Below, one piece after another: positions 42,924-54,032 of a stretch of DNA of 64,000 nucleotides. Location: NCBI GenBank assembly GCA_045564655.1, contig JBJLGX010000020.1:3864-67863 (forward strand). The letters run 5' to 3'. Below the pieces are notes generated by a model. That model was not told the origin of the DNA. It saw only the letters and a list, made by a program, of their open reading frames with translations, and ran no database searches. Each line of letters starts with the position of its first letter. Within the stretch, counting starts at the first letter, position 1. Position numbers and translations under genes: made by a program. This DNA is from Dehalococcoidia bacterium. GTDB lineage: Bacteria; Chloroflexota; Dehalococcoidia; Lucifugimonadales; UBA826.

Positions 42924-45698
42924 TTGTTTAATCCAAATACTATCGTATCTTTTGTTGCCGATCGATCAATTTTAGTTGTTGGCATTGTAATCATACTAAC
43001 ATTGATTTTAGTATACCCTTTCATAAATATGGCTCCGACTGAGCAGGCTTCTCCCAATCCACCTGGGGAAGTGTATGATTTGCAAAAAGACATAGATGAT
43101 AAATTTCCAACACCAGTTCATTTTGCATCTTACGTATTAGAACCTAAAAATGGAGATGTTCTTACTTCTGATGTTCTCTTAGAATTAAAAAGAAATAAGC
43201 AAACTCTTTTTGATTTAGACAGTAAGGGATTGCTAGCAGGAGGAACTTTAGAAAACCAGCCATATTTGTTTAGTTTTTTTGATACTGGTATAGAAGCTGA
43301 AATAACAGGAATAAGTTCTATTTTGGACTCTATTGAAATTGTTTTATTTCAAATGGGCACAACATTAGATCAAGCTTCTGACCAAGATATAAAAGTTGCA
43401 TTTTCCAGATTGCTTTCTAATCCTAAATCTAATCAAGTAATTGATTTTTTATCAAGAAAAGCAACCTTTGAAACATCTCTAATAAATGGGGTTGAGGTTG
43501 ATTTATGGTCTTCTCCTGCGATGTTTTTATATCTTATTGCAGATAATGAGAAATTGGGTGGAGGAGGTTTGGAAATTGGCTTAGGCGGTGGGGAAGATGT
43601 CATTAATAAAGAACATCTTAATCGCAATTTTAGAGAAGTTATTGAAGGTAATTCCCAAGTTTATAATCTTTGGGGTGTTGCTATAGACTCTAATTTAGAA
43701 TCAGAAGAAGAGGGTTCGATTGCAGGTATTTTTATAACATTTACAGTCATTGGGGCACTTCTTGTTGTAGGGCTTAGTTTAAAGTCTTATTGGGCTACAG
43801 CGATATCTGGTGTTGGTCTTGGAATTCTAATGATTTGGTTGAAAGGAATTTCGGCGCTTATTGGATTGAAAAGTGGACTAGTAATTGATTTGATTGTTCC
43901 TATTGGGATGATATCACTAGGTGTAGATTTTGTTGTACATGCTATTAGAAGATACAAGGAAGAGTTACATTCAAATAGATCTCCCAATATGGCATTGAAA
44001 ATTGGACTTTCTGGTGTTTTAGGGGCTCTAGTATTAGCGATGCTAAGTGACGGGATAGCATTTTTATCTAATTTGTCTTCAAATATTGAAGCTGTTATTC
44101 ATTTTGGTAGTGCTGCTGCTATTGCAGTGTTCTCTTCTTTTGTTATTTTAGGGATTATTGCTCCGATTGTTTCAATGAAAATAGATGAACTTATATTAAA
44201 TTCTACTAAAAGTTTTTCAAGTAATAAGTTTAAGTTTTTAAAAATTTTAGGAGCTATAGGGGTAGCAAATGCTTCTGGTGGAGCTGTGATTTTAATGGTT
44301 GCCTTAGATAGGACGTATGGGTTAATTATGCTTTTGGCAACGATAGCTATTTTTATTGCTTTACCAGTTATTTATTTAAAAATAAGATCTGGGGTTAATG
44401 AGGATCAAGCAGATAAAAAAATCAAGGAATTAGATAGAGATAAATCTTATTTAACAAATATGGTTGAAAAACTGGTTTTGCTTTCTGCAAAGAATCCCAT
44501 CTGGGTTATTTCTATCACAGCAATTATCACTTCAATATCAATTTTTCTTGCTTTGAAACTTGAACCTACATTTGATGTTAAAGATTTTTTTGATTCAAAA
44601 TCTGAATTTGTAATTGGATTGGATAAATTAGAAGAACATTTAGGAGATACTGGAGGAGAACCCGGAATAGCTTATATAAAGGGCGATCTTATGCAACCTG
44701 AGGCTATTCTTCGTATTGATGAATTTATTGAGTCTTTGAGAGATATAGATAATGTCGCAGAAACTCCGAGTGGAGAAATAACTATTGGACCAAATGTGGT
44801 AAATGTCTCGAGACGCATTATGGCCAGTAAGTCCACATTGAAACAAATTGAAGAAGAATCTGGAATTATCATTCAAGATGCTGATCTTAATGGCATTCCA
44901 GATTCTAGAGAAGATACAGAACTAGTTTTTAGGCATGCTTTGTCATATGGAATATCGGATGATTTAGGAAATATAATTCTTAGACCAGATGAAATTAGAG
45001 GAGCTATTTATTTACCTTCAGATGATTCAATTGACGAATTAAGTTTAACTACGGTTTCGTTTCAGATTCCTGGTACTAGAGACCAAAAGATTGTTACTGA
45101 AGCCGGTGATATTTTAGAACCGATAATATTAGATTTGGAAAAAAATAATTACATAGAAAAGACGGGACTAACAGGTTCTCCTTTTACTAGGGAAGAACAA
45201 TTGACGGCTTCTTCTAGAACTCTTTATACCTCACTTCCAATTGCTATTGCTGCTGCTACGCTATTGCTATTTGTTGCTATGAGGTCTTTAAAATATGCTG
45301 TTATAACGGTCATACCAATTATTTTAGTCGTATCTTGGACTTATGCTGTCATGTACATAGCTGGGTTTGCACTGAATTTTGTTACTGCAATAATCGGGGC
45401 TATATCGATTGGTGTCGGAATTGATTATTCTATACATATGACTCAGAGATTCAGGGAAGAACTAAGAAAACAAGATTCAAAATTTGATTCTATTAGAGTA
45501 GCTGCACGAGGAACAGGTATGGCACTTTTAGGATCTGCAGCCTCTAGCGTGGTAGGGTTTACTATTATGGGATTTGCTCCAATGCCTGTATTTTCATCAT
45601 ATGGTCAAATTACCGCTGTAATGATTGTATTTGCACTTATTGCGTCTTTGATTGTTTTGCCGTGTTTATTAGTGCTGATTACACGAGAACAATCGTAG
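42924..45698 (+). CDS. MMPL/RND-superfamily transporter (two 6-TM SSD-like bundles plus two large extracytoplasmic domains)
   Basis: 924 aa with a duplicated architecture. Conserved GVDF.VH / GIDYSIH motifs lie in TM4-like helices of each half. TTG start. Confidence 0.7.
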   Translation: MFNPNTIVSFVADRSILVVGIVIILTLILVYPFINMAPTEQASPNPPGEVYDLQKDIDDKFPTPVHFASYVLEPKNGDVLTSDVLLELKRNKQTLFDLDSKGLLAGGTLENQPYLFSFFDTGIEAEITGISSILDSIEIVLFQMGTTLDQASDQDIKVAFSRLLSNPKSNQVIDFLSRKATFETSLINGVEVDLWSSPAMFLYLIADNEKLGGGGLEIGLGGGEDVINKEHLNRNFREVIEGNSQVYNLWGVAIDSNLESEEEGSIAGIFITFTVIGALLVVGLSLKSYWATAISGVGLGILMIWLKGISALIGLKSGLVIDLIVPIGMISLGVDFVVHAIRRYKEELHSNRSPNMALKIGLSGVLGALVLAMLSDGIAFLSNLSSNIEAVIHFGSAAAIAVFSSFVILGIIAPIVSMKIDELILNSTKSFSSNKFKFLKILGAIGVANASGGAVILMVALDRTYGLIMLLATIAIFIALPVIYLKIRSGVNEDQADKKIKELDRDKSYLTNMVEKLVLLSAKNPIWVISITAIITSISIFLALKLEPTFDVKDFFDSKSEFVIGLDKLEEHLGDTGGEPGIAYIKGDLMQPEAILRIDEFIESLRDIDNVAETPSGEITIGPNVVNVSRRIMASKSTLKQIEEESGIIIQDADLNGIPDSREDTELVFRHALSYGISDDLGNIILRPDEIRGAIYLPSDDSIDELSLTTVSFQIPGTRDQKIVTEAGDILEPIILDLEKNNYIEKTGLTGSPFTREEQLTASSRTLYTSLPIAIAAATLLLFVAMRSLKYAVITVIPIILVVSWTYAVMYIAGFALNFVTAIIGAISIGVGIDYSIHMTQRFREELRKQDSKFDSIRVAARGTGMALLGSAASSVVGFTIMGFAPMPVFSSYGQITAVMIVFALIASLIVLPCLLVLITREQS

Positions 45699-48075
45699 TC
45701 GCACCGTCTCCACCTGTTGAATCTAATTGTGATTCAAATTTACTCACTAAAGTGTGAGAAGATAGATATTGTCTGATCGATTTTCTCAATACACCGGTAC
45801 CTTTTCCGTGGATTACTGTAACCTTACTAAGTCCGTTGGTAATGCCGGCATTGAGAAATGAATCAATTTTACTAATTGATGTTTCTACATCATCTCCACG
45901 TATGTCTAGAATTTCCTCCCCAGGAGTCATTGGTTTTTTGGTACGAAATTTTTGATTCTTATTAGATAATTCTGCGGTGAGAGTATTTACACTAGAAATC
46001 CCAGATAAATCAACTTTTAAATTGCTGTTACCAACATTGACTATAGCTGTGTTGTTATTCTTGTCAATCGAATGTAGTGTGCCTGTTGCATTAATGTCTC
46101 GAATTATGACTGTATCTCCTGCTTTTAAATCATTATTAGCAATAGTTGTTTTTGATATGTCGGGAATTACTACCTGTTTCATTTCATTAGATATTTCAGA
46201 CAATGAATTAATTTTGTCACCTAAACTAGAATTTGTTTCACTTCCTTTACTCCAGGAAAGAGTGGATTTAGCTTTAGATACTAAATTGGTTAGATATTTA
46301 AACTGCTCTTTTGCTTTTGTATTAATCTCATTAATAATCTTGTCTCTATTACTTAGTAGATAACTTATTTCTGACTCAAGACGCTTCCGAGCTGATTTGT
46401 AATCTTGTATGTGTTTTTGTGATTCTTCTAAAGCTTTTGCAAGTGTTTTCCTTTCGCGATTTATACTTTCTAATTGGGTGTTTATTTCTCTTGTTTCGAG
46501 AGACAAATTTGTTACAGCCTTTTTTATTATTTCATCTGGAAAGCCAAGGTTTGATGCTATTGATAATGCATAACTTCTGCCTGAGATACCTTCTTGTAAT
46601 TCATAAGTTGGAAATAAAGAATCGGGGTCTAGATGAAAGCTTGCATTTTTCATTTTTGAGTTATTTTCAGAATTAATAACAATTGAGCTGTGATGCGTTG
46701 TGGCTAATGTTGTTATGTTTTGATTTGCAAAATATTCAAGTATAGATATCCCTATTGCTGCACCTTCTTCAGGATCTGTACTTGATCCTATTTCATCAAG
46801 CAAAACTAAAGATTTAGGAGTGGCAATTTCAATAATATTTTTTAGATTTTTAATATGAGAGCTAAAAGTGGATACAGACCCTTCAATACTTTGTTGATCT
46901 CCAATATCGGCATATATACCATCAAATATAGGGATGTGAGTGCCTATATGACCTGTAATTGGGATTCCTGATTGTTGCATTGCTGCTAACAACCCAACAG
47001 TTTTTAAAGCAACGGTTTTACCGCCTGTATTTGGTCCAGTTATTATTAAAACTTTTTGCTCAGGTTTTAAAGTTAGACTTAATGGTTTAGCTTCTTGTCC
47101 AAGCAAAGGGTGAATCGCAGATATTAAGTTTATATGGTTAGATGTGATAGATTCCGAGGATATTTCTGTGATAGATTTGATTTCATCACTTAACTTACTT
47201 TTTGAAATGATCAGATCTAACTCAGTAGCCATTTTTATATTAGACTTAACCTTAGCACTGTTTTCACTAACTGAATTTGATATGTCAGTTAGTAAACGAA
47301 TGATTTCTTGTTCTTCATCTAAAGCAGATTTTCTCCAAGCATTACAAAGATCGATAGTTTCTAAAGGCTCTATAAACTGAGTCATTCCAGTATTAGATGC
47401 TCCGTGTATAACTCCTGGGACTTTGTGCTGCATGTTTGTTTTTACCTGAATAACTAATCTGTCTCCTCTTACAGAAATTACATTATCTTGAATCGTATCT
47501 TCAAGATCAGCTGAATTTATGATTCCGGAGAGTTTTTCAACTACATTGGTATAATTCCTACGAATTTGATTCCTAATGGATTTTAACTCTGGAGTTGCGG
47601 AGTCTTTAACGGATCCGTCAGCTTTGATTTTAGATTTTATAGAATTAGAAATTTCACTTAAGTTTGTGATTTGATTAGAGTATTTTCTTAGTTGGGGTAA
47701 TTCATGTGAACTTTTATCAATTGTTTCCCTTAATGAATTTAATATTTCGATTGAAGATGCTATATGCAATGATTCAATACCATTTAGGATACTCCCAAGA
47801 TTTACTCGTACTATCAATTCGGAAATATCTGTTAAGCCGTTTAAGTTGGGGATATTATTTTCAGTTATTAAAAGTCGTCCTTCATAAGTTTCTTCAAGTA
47901 AAGTTTTAACTATTAAAGAGTCAGAAGATGGCATGATGTTAAGAGCTAAATTTTTGGACATTTCTGATGTTGCATGATTAGATAAAAGTGTACGTATACC
48001 ATCAAAATCAATATGATTCAGACTATTTTCAAGTAGTTCTTTAATTGTCTGGGTACGGTTGCTGCTTTTATTCAC
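45679..48075 (-). CDS. mutS2: Endonuclease MutS2 (MutS domain + C-terminal Smr)
   Basis: Walker A GPNTGGKTV, DEIGSSTDPEEG, TTHH, a long coiled coil, and Smr LDIRGDDVE...VIHGKGTGVLR. Confidence 0.9.
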   Translation of the reverse strand: MNKSSNRTQTIKELLENSLNHIDFDGIRTLLSNHATSEMSKNLALNIMPSSDSLIVKTLLEETYEGRLLITENNIPNLNGLTDISELIVRVNLGSILNGIESLHIASSIEILNSLRETIDKSSHELPQLRKYSNQITNLSEISNSIKSKIKADGSVKDSATPELKSIRNQIRRNYTNVVEKLSGIINSADLEDTIQDNVISVRGDRLVIQVKTNMQHKVPGVIHGASNTGMTQFIEPLETIDLCNAWRKSALDEEQEIIRLLTDISNSVSENSAKVKSNIKMATELDLIISKSKLSDEIKSITEISSESITSNHINLISAIHPLLGQEAKPLSLTLKPEQKVLIITGPNTGGKTVALKTVGLLAAMQQSGIPITGHIGTHIPIFDGIYADIGDQQSIEGSVSTFSSHIKNLKNIIEIATPKSLVLLDEIGSSTDPEEGAAIGISILEYFANQNITTLATTHHSSIVINSENNSKMKNASFHLDPDSLFPTYELQEGISGRSYALSIASNLGFPDEIIKKAVTNLSLETREINTQLESINRERKTLAKALEESQKHIQDYKSARKRLESEISYLLSNRDKIINEINTKAKEQFKYLTNLVSKAKSTLSWSKGSETNSSLGDKINSLSEISNEMKQVVIPDISKTTIANNDLKAGDTVIIRDINATGTLHSIDKNNNTAIVNVGNSNLKVDLSGISSVNTLTAELSNKNQKFRTKKPMTPGEEILDIRGDDVETSISKIDSFLNAGITNGLSKVTVIHGKGTGVLRKSIRQYLSSHTLVSKFESQLDSTGGDGATTIVLV

Positions 48076-48162
48076 TGATATCTACAATTTGAAATTTTAT
48101 TTATTAATATTATCAGCATCTAATATGTTAACGCATAGTTAGAGTGCTATAATTTTTGAGTT

Positions 48163-49074
48163 ATGGAAAATCAAATTATAGTTAAGGTGCCAGCTACTTC
48201 AGCCAATATGGGGTCAGGATTTGATTGTATTGGTATTGCTTTAGATATTTGGAACACCGTTAAAGTACAGGAAACTTCAGGATCTTATTCGAAAGTTAAT
48301 ATTTCAGGATATGGTGATGAATCTCTTCCCACGAATGAAGATAATTTAGTAATTAAAAGTTTCAACAAACTTTTTTTTGAAATTGGTCAATCTCCTCCTA
48401 TTGTTTCTATAGAATGTGATAATCAAATTGCTTTAGCAAGAGGTACAGGAAGTAGTTCAGCTGCTCTTGTTGGAGGTTTATATGCAGCTAATATTTATGC
48501 TGGGAATCCTCTGAGTAAGCATGAGTTACTGTCTATTGCAGGTAAAGCAGAAGGGCATATTGATAATGTTGCTCCAGCTATTTTTGGAGGTATGCAAATA
48601 GGAATATTTGAACAAGATTTGATTCATACTACTGAAGTTCCAATATATTCTGATGAATTGAAAGCAATCCTTTTTGTTCCTGATACTAATATGAAAACTA
48701 ATGAAGCTAGGGGGGTACTTGAAGAAAAAGTTTTAAGGTCAGATGCAGTTTTTAATATTTCACGATCATCATTATTGGTTCACTCGTTTATAACTGGTCA
48801 GTGGGACAATTTACGTTATGCTACTCAAGATATGCTTCATCAACCTCAGAGGCAAAAACTTTTTTTCCCAATGAAAAATATTATTCGTGCTGCATTAAAT
48901 ACGGGTGCTTTAGGCGCATATTTATCTGGAGCAGGATCGACGATATTAGCATTTTGTACTGATCGTGAATACACAATTGGATACGAAATGGCAGATGCAG
49001 CAATGAAATCAGGAATAAATGGTGAAATTATAGTTACTACATTTTCTAAGCAAGGTGTCTATCATGAAAAATAA
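48163..49074 (+). CDS. thrB: Homoserine kinase
   Basis: VPATSANMGSGFD and the GHMP motif GTGSSSAA. Confidence 0.9.
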   Translation: MENQIIVKVPATSANMGSGFDCIGIALDIWNTVKVQETSGSYSKVNISGYGDESLPTNEDNLVIKSFNKLFFEIGQSPPIVSIECDNQIALARGTGSSSAALVGGLYAANIYAGNPLSKHELLSIAGKAEGHIDNVAPAIFGGMQIGIFEQDLIHTTEVPIYSDELKAILFVPDTNMKTNEARGVLEEKVLRSDAVFNISRSSLLVHSFITGQWDNLRYATQDMLHQPQRQKLFFPMKNIIRAALNTGALGAYLSGAGSTILAFCTDREYTIGYEMADAAMKSGINGEIIVTTFSKQGVYHEK

Positions 49075-49113
49075 AAGAAATTTTTATGAAGTATTTTAAA
49101 TGTAAGGTGTAGT

Positions 49114-50343
49114 ATGGGATTAGTAGTTCAAAAATATGGTGGTTCCTCTTTAGCAACTCCAGAATTAGTTAAAAATGTTGCTAAGAGGATCGCTGAATCT
49201 CATGATATTCATGGGTCGCTTATTGCGACTGTATCTGCAATGGGAGACACAACAGACTATTTGTTAAAGATGGCGTCAGAAATTTCTGCTAATCCTGATA
49301 GAAGAGAATTAGATGTATTACTGTCAACGGGTGAATTGCAGTCAAGTTCTTTAGTGGCTATGGCGTTAAACGAGATGGGCAAAAAGGTTGTAAGTCTTAG
49401 TGGCATACAGGCTGGCATAAAAACGGATGCAAGTTACGGTAAAGCAAAGATATCTGATTTAAATACGGATAGGATTGAAGATGAGATAAGCAAAGGTAAT
49501 ATCGTTATTGTGGCTGGATTCCAAGGAGCTACGGATGAGCTGGACATTACAACACTTGGAAGAGGGGCATCAGATTTGACTGCGGTCGCTTTGGCTGCGG
49601 CACTTGATGCTGAAAGATGTGAAATATATACAGATGTGGATGGGATATATACAGCTGATCCTAGATTGGTACCCCAAGCCAAAAAGCTCAAACAGATCGG
49701 ATTTGAAGAAATGTTAGAACTTGCAAACTATGGAGCTAAAATGAATCCTAGGTCAATAGAATTAGGAATGGTATACGATGTGCCAATTTTAGTTGCGTCA
49801 AGTTTTAAAAATACAGAAGGGACGTTAATTTATTCTGGAGATAATATGGACAAAAATGTAGGAGAAATAAGGAACAGGGTTAACGGAATAGCAACAGATA
49901 AAGGAGTTGCACGTGTGACTGTTTACTCTGTGAAAGATAGACCAGGTATTGCTGCAAGTCTTTTTAAGCCATTAACACTAGAGGATATTAGTGTTGATGT
50001 TATTGTTCAGAATTCTAGCGTATCAGGTACGACTGATCTGACTTTTACAGTGGAATCCTCTGAGTTACCTAGGACAATTGACATTGTTTCAGGTATTCTT
50101 GATGACCTTAATGCAGAAAAGCTTTCAACTTCTGATAATTTAGCAAAAATAAGTATTGTTGGAACGGGTATGCAAGATTCTCCGGGATATGCATCAAAAA
50201 TGTTTGAAGCATTATCAAACGCGGGTGTTAATATAGAAATGATTACAACATCAGAAATAAGAATCACATGTATTGTCCATGAAGATCAACTAATGAAAGC
50301 TACCCAAGCCTTACATAAGGCTTTTGAATTAGATGCAAATTAA
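49114..50343 (+). CDS. lysC: Aspartate kinase (monofunctional, two ACT domains)
   Basis: VQKYGGSSL, GFQG, LGRGASD, YTDVDGIYTADPR, and tandem ACT regions at the C-terminus. Confidence 0.9.
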   Translation: MGLVVQKYGGSSLATPELVKNVAKRIAESHDIHGSLIATVSAMGDTTDYLLKMASEISANPDRRELDVLLSTGELQSSSLVAMALNEMGKKVVSLSGIQAGIKTDASYGKAKISDLNTDRIEDEISKGNIVIVAGFQGATDELDITTLGRGASDLTAVALAAALDAERCEIYTDVDGIYTADPRLVPQAKKLKQIGFEEMLELANYGAKMNPRSIELGMVYDVPILVASSFKNTEGTLIYSGDNMDKNVGEIRNRVNGIATDKGVARVTVYSVKDRPGIAASLFKPLTLEDISVDVIVQNSSVSGTTDLTFTVESSELPRTIDIVSGILDDLNAEKLSTSDNLAKISIVGTGMQDSPGYASKMFEALSNAGVNIEMITTSEIRITCIVHEDQLMKATQALHKAFELDAN

Positions 50344-50369
50344 TAAGATTTATTCTTGATCACAGTACT

Positions 50370-51104
50370 TTGTATTTATCAATTGTAATACCAACATATA
50401 ATGAATCCGATAAAATTATCGATACATTAAATTCGCTTTCTAATCATCTTTTTGATAAAAGTTTTAATTCGGAAATAATAGTTTCTGATGATGGTAGTAG
50501 TGATAATACTTGTGATCAAGTTTCTGAGTGGATTAACCAGTTGGATAATAAGTCCGATGTAAGTGTATTCTTGATTAAATCTTCACATGAAGGTAAAGGA
50601 AGTGCTGTTAAAAGAGGGATACTAAAAGCTACAGGCTCTTATAGAATGATGTTTGATGCTGATTTGGCTATGCCTCCTAGATATATCGATGGTTTCATTG
50701 ATAGTGTGGAAAAAGGATATGACATTGTAATAGGATCTCGAGAAATTAAAGGTTCTCAAAGATTTGATGAGCCATATTTCAGGCATTTGATGGGAAGGGT
50801 ATTTAATTATTATATTAGATTATTTCTAGTTAAAGGTTATCAAGATACTCAATGTGGATATAAATGTTTTACTCAAGATGCAGTAGAAAAATTATTTTCA
50901 AAACAAGTGATTAATGGATGGGGATTTGATGTTGAAATCTTGTTTTTAGCAGGCAAATATGGATTCAATGTGTCGGAGCTACCAATTAATTGGTATCATA
51001 GAAATCAGAGTAAAGTTAAACCTTTTAAATCCTCGTTTGAGATGATTAAAGACACTTTAGGGGTAAAAATACGATATGTCTTGGGGTTTTATCAAATCAA
51101 GTAA
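50370..51104 (+). CDS. Family 2 glycosyltransferase (polyprenyl-phosphate glucosyl/mannosyl-transferase-like)
   Basis: LSIVIPTYNE, SDDGSSDNT, MFDADL (DxD). TTG start. Confidence 0.8.
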   Translation: MYLSIVIPTYNESDKIIDTLNSLSNHLFDKSFNSEIIVSDDGSSDNTCDQVSEWINQLDNKSDVSVFLIKSSHEGKGSAVKRGILKATGSYRMMFDADLAMPPRYIDGFIDSVEKGYDIVIGSREIKGSQRFDEPYFRHLMGRVFNYYIRLFLVKGYQDTQCGYKCFTQDAVEKLFSKQVINGWGFDVEILFLAGKYGFNVSELPINWYHRNQSKVKPFKSSFEMIKDTLGVKIRYVLGFYQIK

Positions 51105-51133
51105 CTTTTACGTTTACACAGATCTTATGTGTT

Positions 51134-51889
51134 TTGATGGAAAATTCTAAAATAGTTGTAATTGTTCCCACTTTTAATGAAGTTAATAATTTACCTGTAT
51201 TAGCAGAACGTATTTTTGCTCAAAATATTCATGACCTCGATATTTTATTTGTTGACGATAATTCTCCAGATGGAACTGCTGATTACGCTAGACAATTATC
51301 TGCGAATTATAATGACAAAATTCATGTTTTAGATGTGCCTGAAAAATTAGGTTTATCTAATGCGTATAAGCAGGGGTTTAGTTGGGCTATTTCTAAAAAA
51401 TATGACATATTAGTTCAGATGGATGCTGATCTTTCCCACAATCCTAACTATATTCGGCATATGATTGATAAGTTAAGTGATTATGACGTTGTTGTGGGGT
51501 CTAGGTATATTCTCAAAGGTTCCGTTTCTAATAAGTGGTCTTTTTCAAGACGATTTATTAGTTTTTTGGGCAATTTTGGTATACGGAATATTTTAATTAT
51601 TAATATTCGGGATATAACTTCTGGATTTAAAGCGTTTAAATATCAGTCAGCTAGATCAATTAATTGGGATCAAATATATTGTACAGGATTTGGATTTCAA
51701 GCAGAAATAACTTACCAGTGTTATAAGTTTGGATATACGATTTTTGAGACCCCTATTATATTTGAAGATAGATTGTATGGTAAATCAAAAATGACATTAG
51801 CTATTTTATTGGAAACCTTGCTGAAAATCGTCGCATTTAAGATTTTTCAATCATCAAGGCTTAAAAAACCCCATATTTCTAATCCATAA
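51134..51889 (+). CDS. Family 2 glycosyltransferase, polyprenol-monophosphomannose synthase (Dpm1/Ppm1-like)
   Basis: VVIVPTFNE, FVDDNSPDGT, QMDADLSH, GSRY. Confidence 0.8.
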   Translation: MMENSKIVVIVPTFNEVNNLPVLAERIFAQNIHDLDILFVDDNSPDGTADYARQLSANYNDKIHVLDVPEKLGLSNAYKQGFSWAISKKYDILVQMDADLSHNPNYIRHMIDKLSDYDVVVGSRYILKGSVSNKWSFSRRFISFLGNFGIRNILIINIRDITSGFKAFKYQSARSINWDQIYCTGFGFQAEITYQCYKFGYTIFETPIIFEDRLYGKSKMTLAILLETLLKIVAFKIFQSSRLKKPHISNP

Positions 51890-51965
51890 AATGATTGAAC
51901 ATTTATGAAATTAGAGCATACAATGCCGTTGAATCATTAAGTAACGCTGATACCCGAGGGTTAAA

Positions 51966-53000
51966 ATGAAAGAAAGGGACTTAAAAAATCTTCTAAATCA
52001 AATTAAAAATAATACTAGAGAGGCCTTAAAAGCTTCTCAGATGGGTTTGTGGGAAGAAGCAGAACGAATTAATCGTATGATGATTCAAGAAGTAGAATGT
52101 GATTATAAAGCATATGGTCGATTAGCCGATGCTTTGATGAAATTAGGCAAATCTTCTGAAGCTGCAGATTATTATGATATTGTTTCTGATCTTGATAGAT
52201 CAAAAAAAGATATAACTAAAAAAGCTATCAAGTTGGCTACTGAATCGAAATGGGCAGAAGCAGTATTGGCTAACCAGGAAATCATTGAAGATTTCCCGTG
52301 GGATTTAGAAGCTTTTAATAGATTAGGGAAAGCTTGTATGGAGACGGGAGATAAAATTAAAGCGGCTAATGCATTTAAGTGTGCTCTTGTTATTTCTGCA
52401 AATAGTGTAATTGCTAAGAAGAATTTAGACAGATTAAATAAAATAAATAATGTTAAGAACCAGAGATTCCCTAACGGCACTAGTTCAAATAAGAGTTATA
52501 TAGAAGAGACAGCTAAAACATCAATAACAAAATTGGTAAATACTCCAAGGCAATTAGATCCTTCGAATTTAATATCAGGAGATCCTGTTTTTTTAGAATT
52601 TTCGTCTAAAGGAATTAAAATTAAGGATCAAAGCGGAACTGACTTAGGAAGTTTGGATCCTAAAATGGGATCTAGATTGCGTCGCCTTATAGAAGGTGGA
52701 AACAAATACGAAGCGAGTGTTACAAGTATCTCTGGTAAGGATATTTCTATTATTATAAATGAAATATTTCGTTCTGAATCTCAATCTAATACTCCTTCAT
52801 TTATAAAGAAATCTGAAAACGTTGCTATGATACCGAATGCTGCTATTGGATATACATTAAATGATGACTCTAAGCTTTCTGATATGAAGGATTGGACAGA
52901 TGATGATACTGAAACAGGTGACGAAACTGTTTTCACAGCGGGTATGCCGGCATTTATATCAGCACAAAGTGAAGGGTATTCGGAAGACGATTTTAGATGA
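51966..53000 (+). CDS. TPR-repeat protein with an acidic C-terminal tail
   Basis: Several 34-aa TPR-like helical repeats (AYGRLADALMKLGKSSEAADYY; AFNRLGKACMETGDKIKAANAF). The C-terminal half is unassigned. The stop overlaps the guaC start (ATGA). Confidence 0.6.
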   Translation: MKERDLKNLLNQIKNNTREALKASQMGLWEEAERINRMMIQEVECDYKAYGRLADALMKLGKSSEAADYYDIVSDLDRSKKDITKKAIKLATESKWAEAVLANQEIIEDFPWDLEAFNRLGKACMETGDKIKAANAFKCALVISANSVIAKKNLDRLNKINNVKNQRFPNGTSSNKSYIEETAKTSITKLVNTPRQLDPSNLISGDPVFLEFSSKGIKIKDQSGTDLGSLDPKMGSRLRRLIEGGNKYEASVTSISGKDISIIINEIFRSESQSNTPSFIKKSENVAMIPNAAIGYTLNDDSKLSDMKDWTDDDTETGDETVFTAGMPAFISAQSEGYSEDDFR

Positions 53001-54010
53001 TAAACATGAATGATAAAAAATTACAATTTGATGATATTCTAATATCTCCCAAACTGTCCAATATAAATTCTCGAAAGGAAGTCATATTGGACACGGCAAT
53101 AAAATTTCCTAATTCCGGAATATTATGGGAAGGAATTCCTATTATGGCTTCTAATATGGATTTTGTTGGAACTTTTGAGATGGGGCATTCTTTACAAGAT
53201 TTCAATATAACAACAGCTATAAGCAAATTTTACTCACCTAGCGACTGGGTTGATGCTGTTAATAATGGATTAGATTTAGATTTTAATTTTATGACTTTTG
53301 GATTAGATAATTTAAATAAAATCTATGAGTATTTTTCTTTTATGGATAATAAAATCTCACAAATACCAAAATGTATTGTTTTTGATGTCCCTAATGGGTA
53401 TATTGATTCATTTCATTCTTTAATATCTGATACTCGAAATGAATTTCCTGGATTAGGAATTATGGCAGGAAATGTTGTTACTCCTGACGGGGTCGCTAGG
53501 ATTCTGGATTCTGGGGGAGATGGGGTAAAAGTTGGGATTGGTTCTGGTAGTGTTTGTAGCACAACAAATGTTACTGGTATTGGATACCCTCAAATGTCTG
53601 CTATTTTAGAATGTGCTGAAGAAGCAGATAAATTTTCAGGATTTATCATTTCTGATGGCGGGGTTAGGAGTTCAGCTGATGTTGTTAAAGCATATGCCGG
53701 TGGATCAGGATTTGTTATGGTTGGCTCTTTACTATCTGGACATGCTCAAGGCCTAGCTCCAATCATATCTAAAGATGACAAATCATTTAGACAATTATAT
53801 GGAATGAGTTCTTCAGAAGCTATGCAAAAGCATTATGGTGGAGTTGCAGAATATAGAGCTTCGGAAGGAGTTTCTGTTCTTGTTGAGGATAAAGGAGATG
53901 TGAGAAACACTATATCTCAAGTATTGGGAGGGTTACGGTCTGCATGTACTTATATTAATGCTAAAAATATAGGTGAAATTTCTGAAAATGCTAGATTAAT
54001 TAGAGTGTAG
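52997..54010 (+). CDS. guaC: GMP reductase (IMPDH/GMPR family, no CBS insert)
   Basis: GVKVGIGSGSVCSTTNVTGIGYPQMSAI with the catalytic Cys loop, DGG.R..D..KA, and a length of about 337 aa. Confidence 0.8.
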   Translation: MINMNDKKLQFDDILISPKLSNINSRKEVILDTAIKFPNSGILWEGIPIMASNMDFVGTFEMGHSLQDFNITTAISKFYSPSDWVDAVNNGLDLDFNFMTFGLDNLNKIYEYFSFMDNKISQIPKCIVFDVPNGYIDSFHSLISDTRNEFPGLGIMAGNVVTPDGVARILDSGGDGVKVGIGSGSVCSTTNVTGIGYPQMSAILECAEEADKFSGFIISDGGVRSSADVVKAYAGGSGFVMVGSLLSGHAQGLAPIISKDDKSFRQLYGMSSSEAMQKHYGGVAEYRASEGVSVLVEDKGDVRNTISQVLGGLRSACTYINAKNIGEISENARLIRV

Positions 54011-54032
54011 TTTTGAAATTAATATTCAATTT

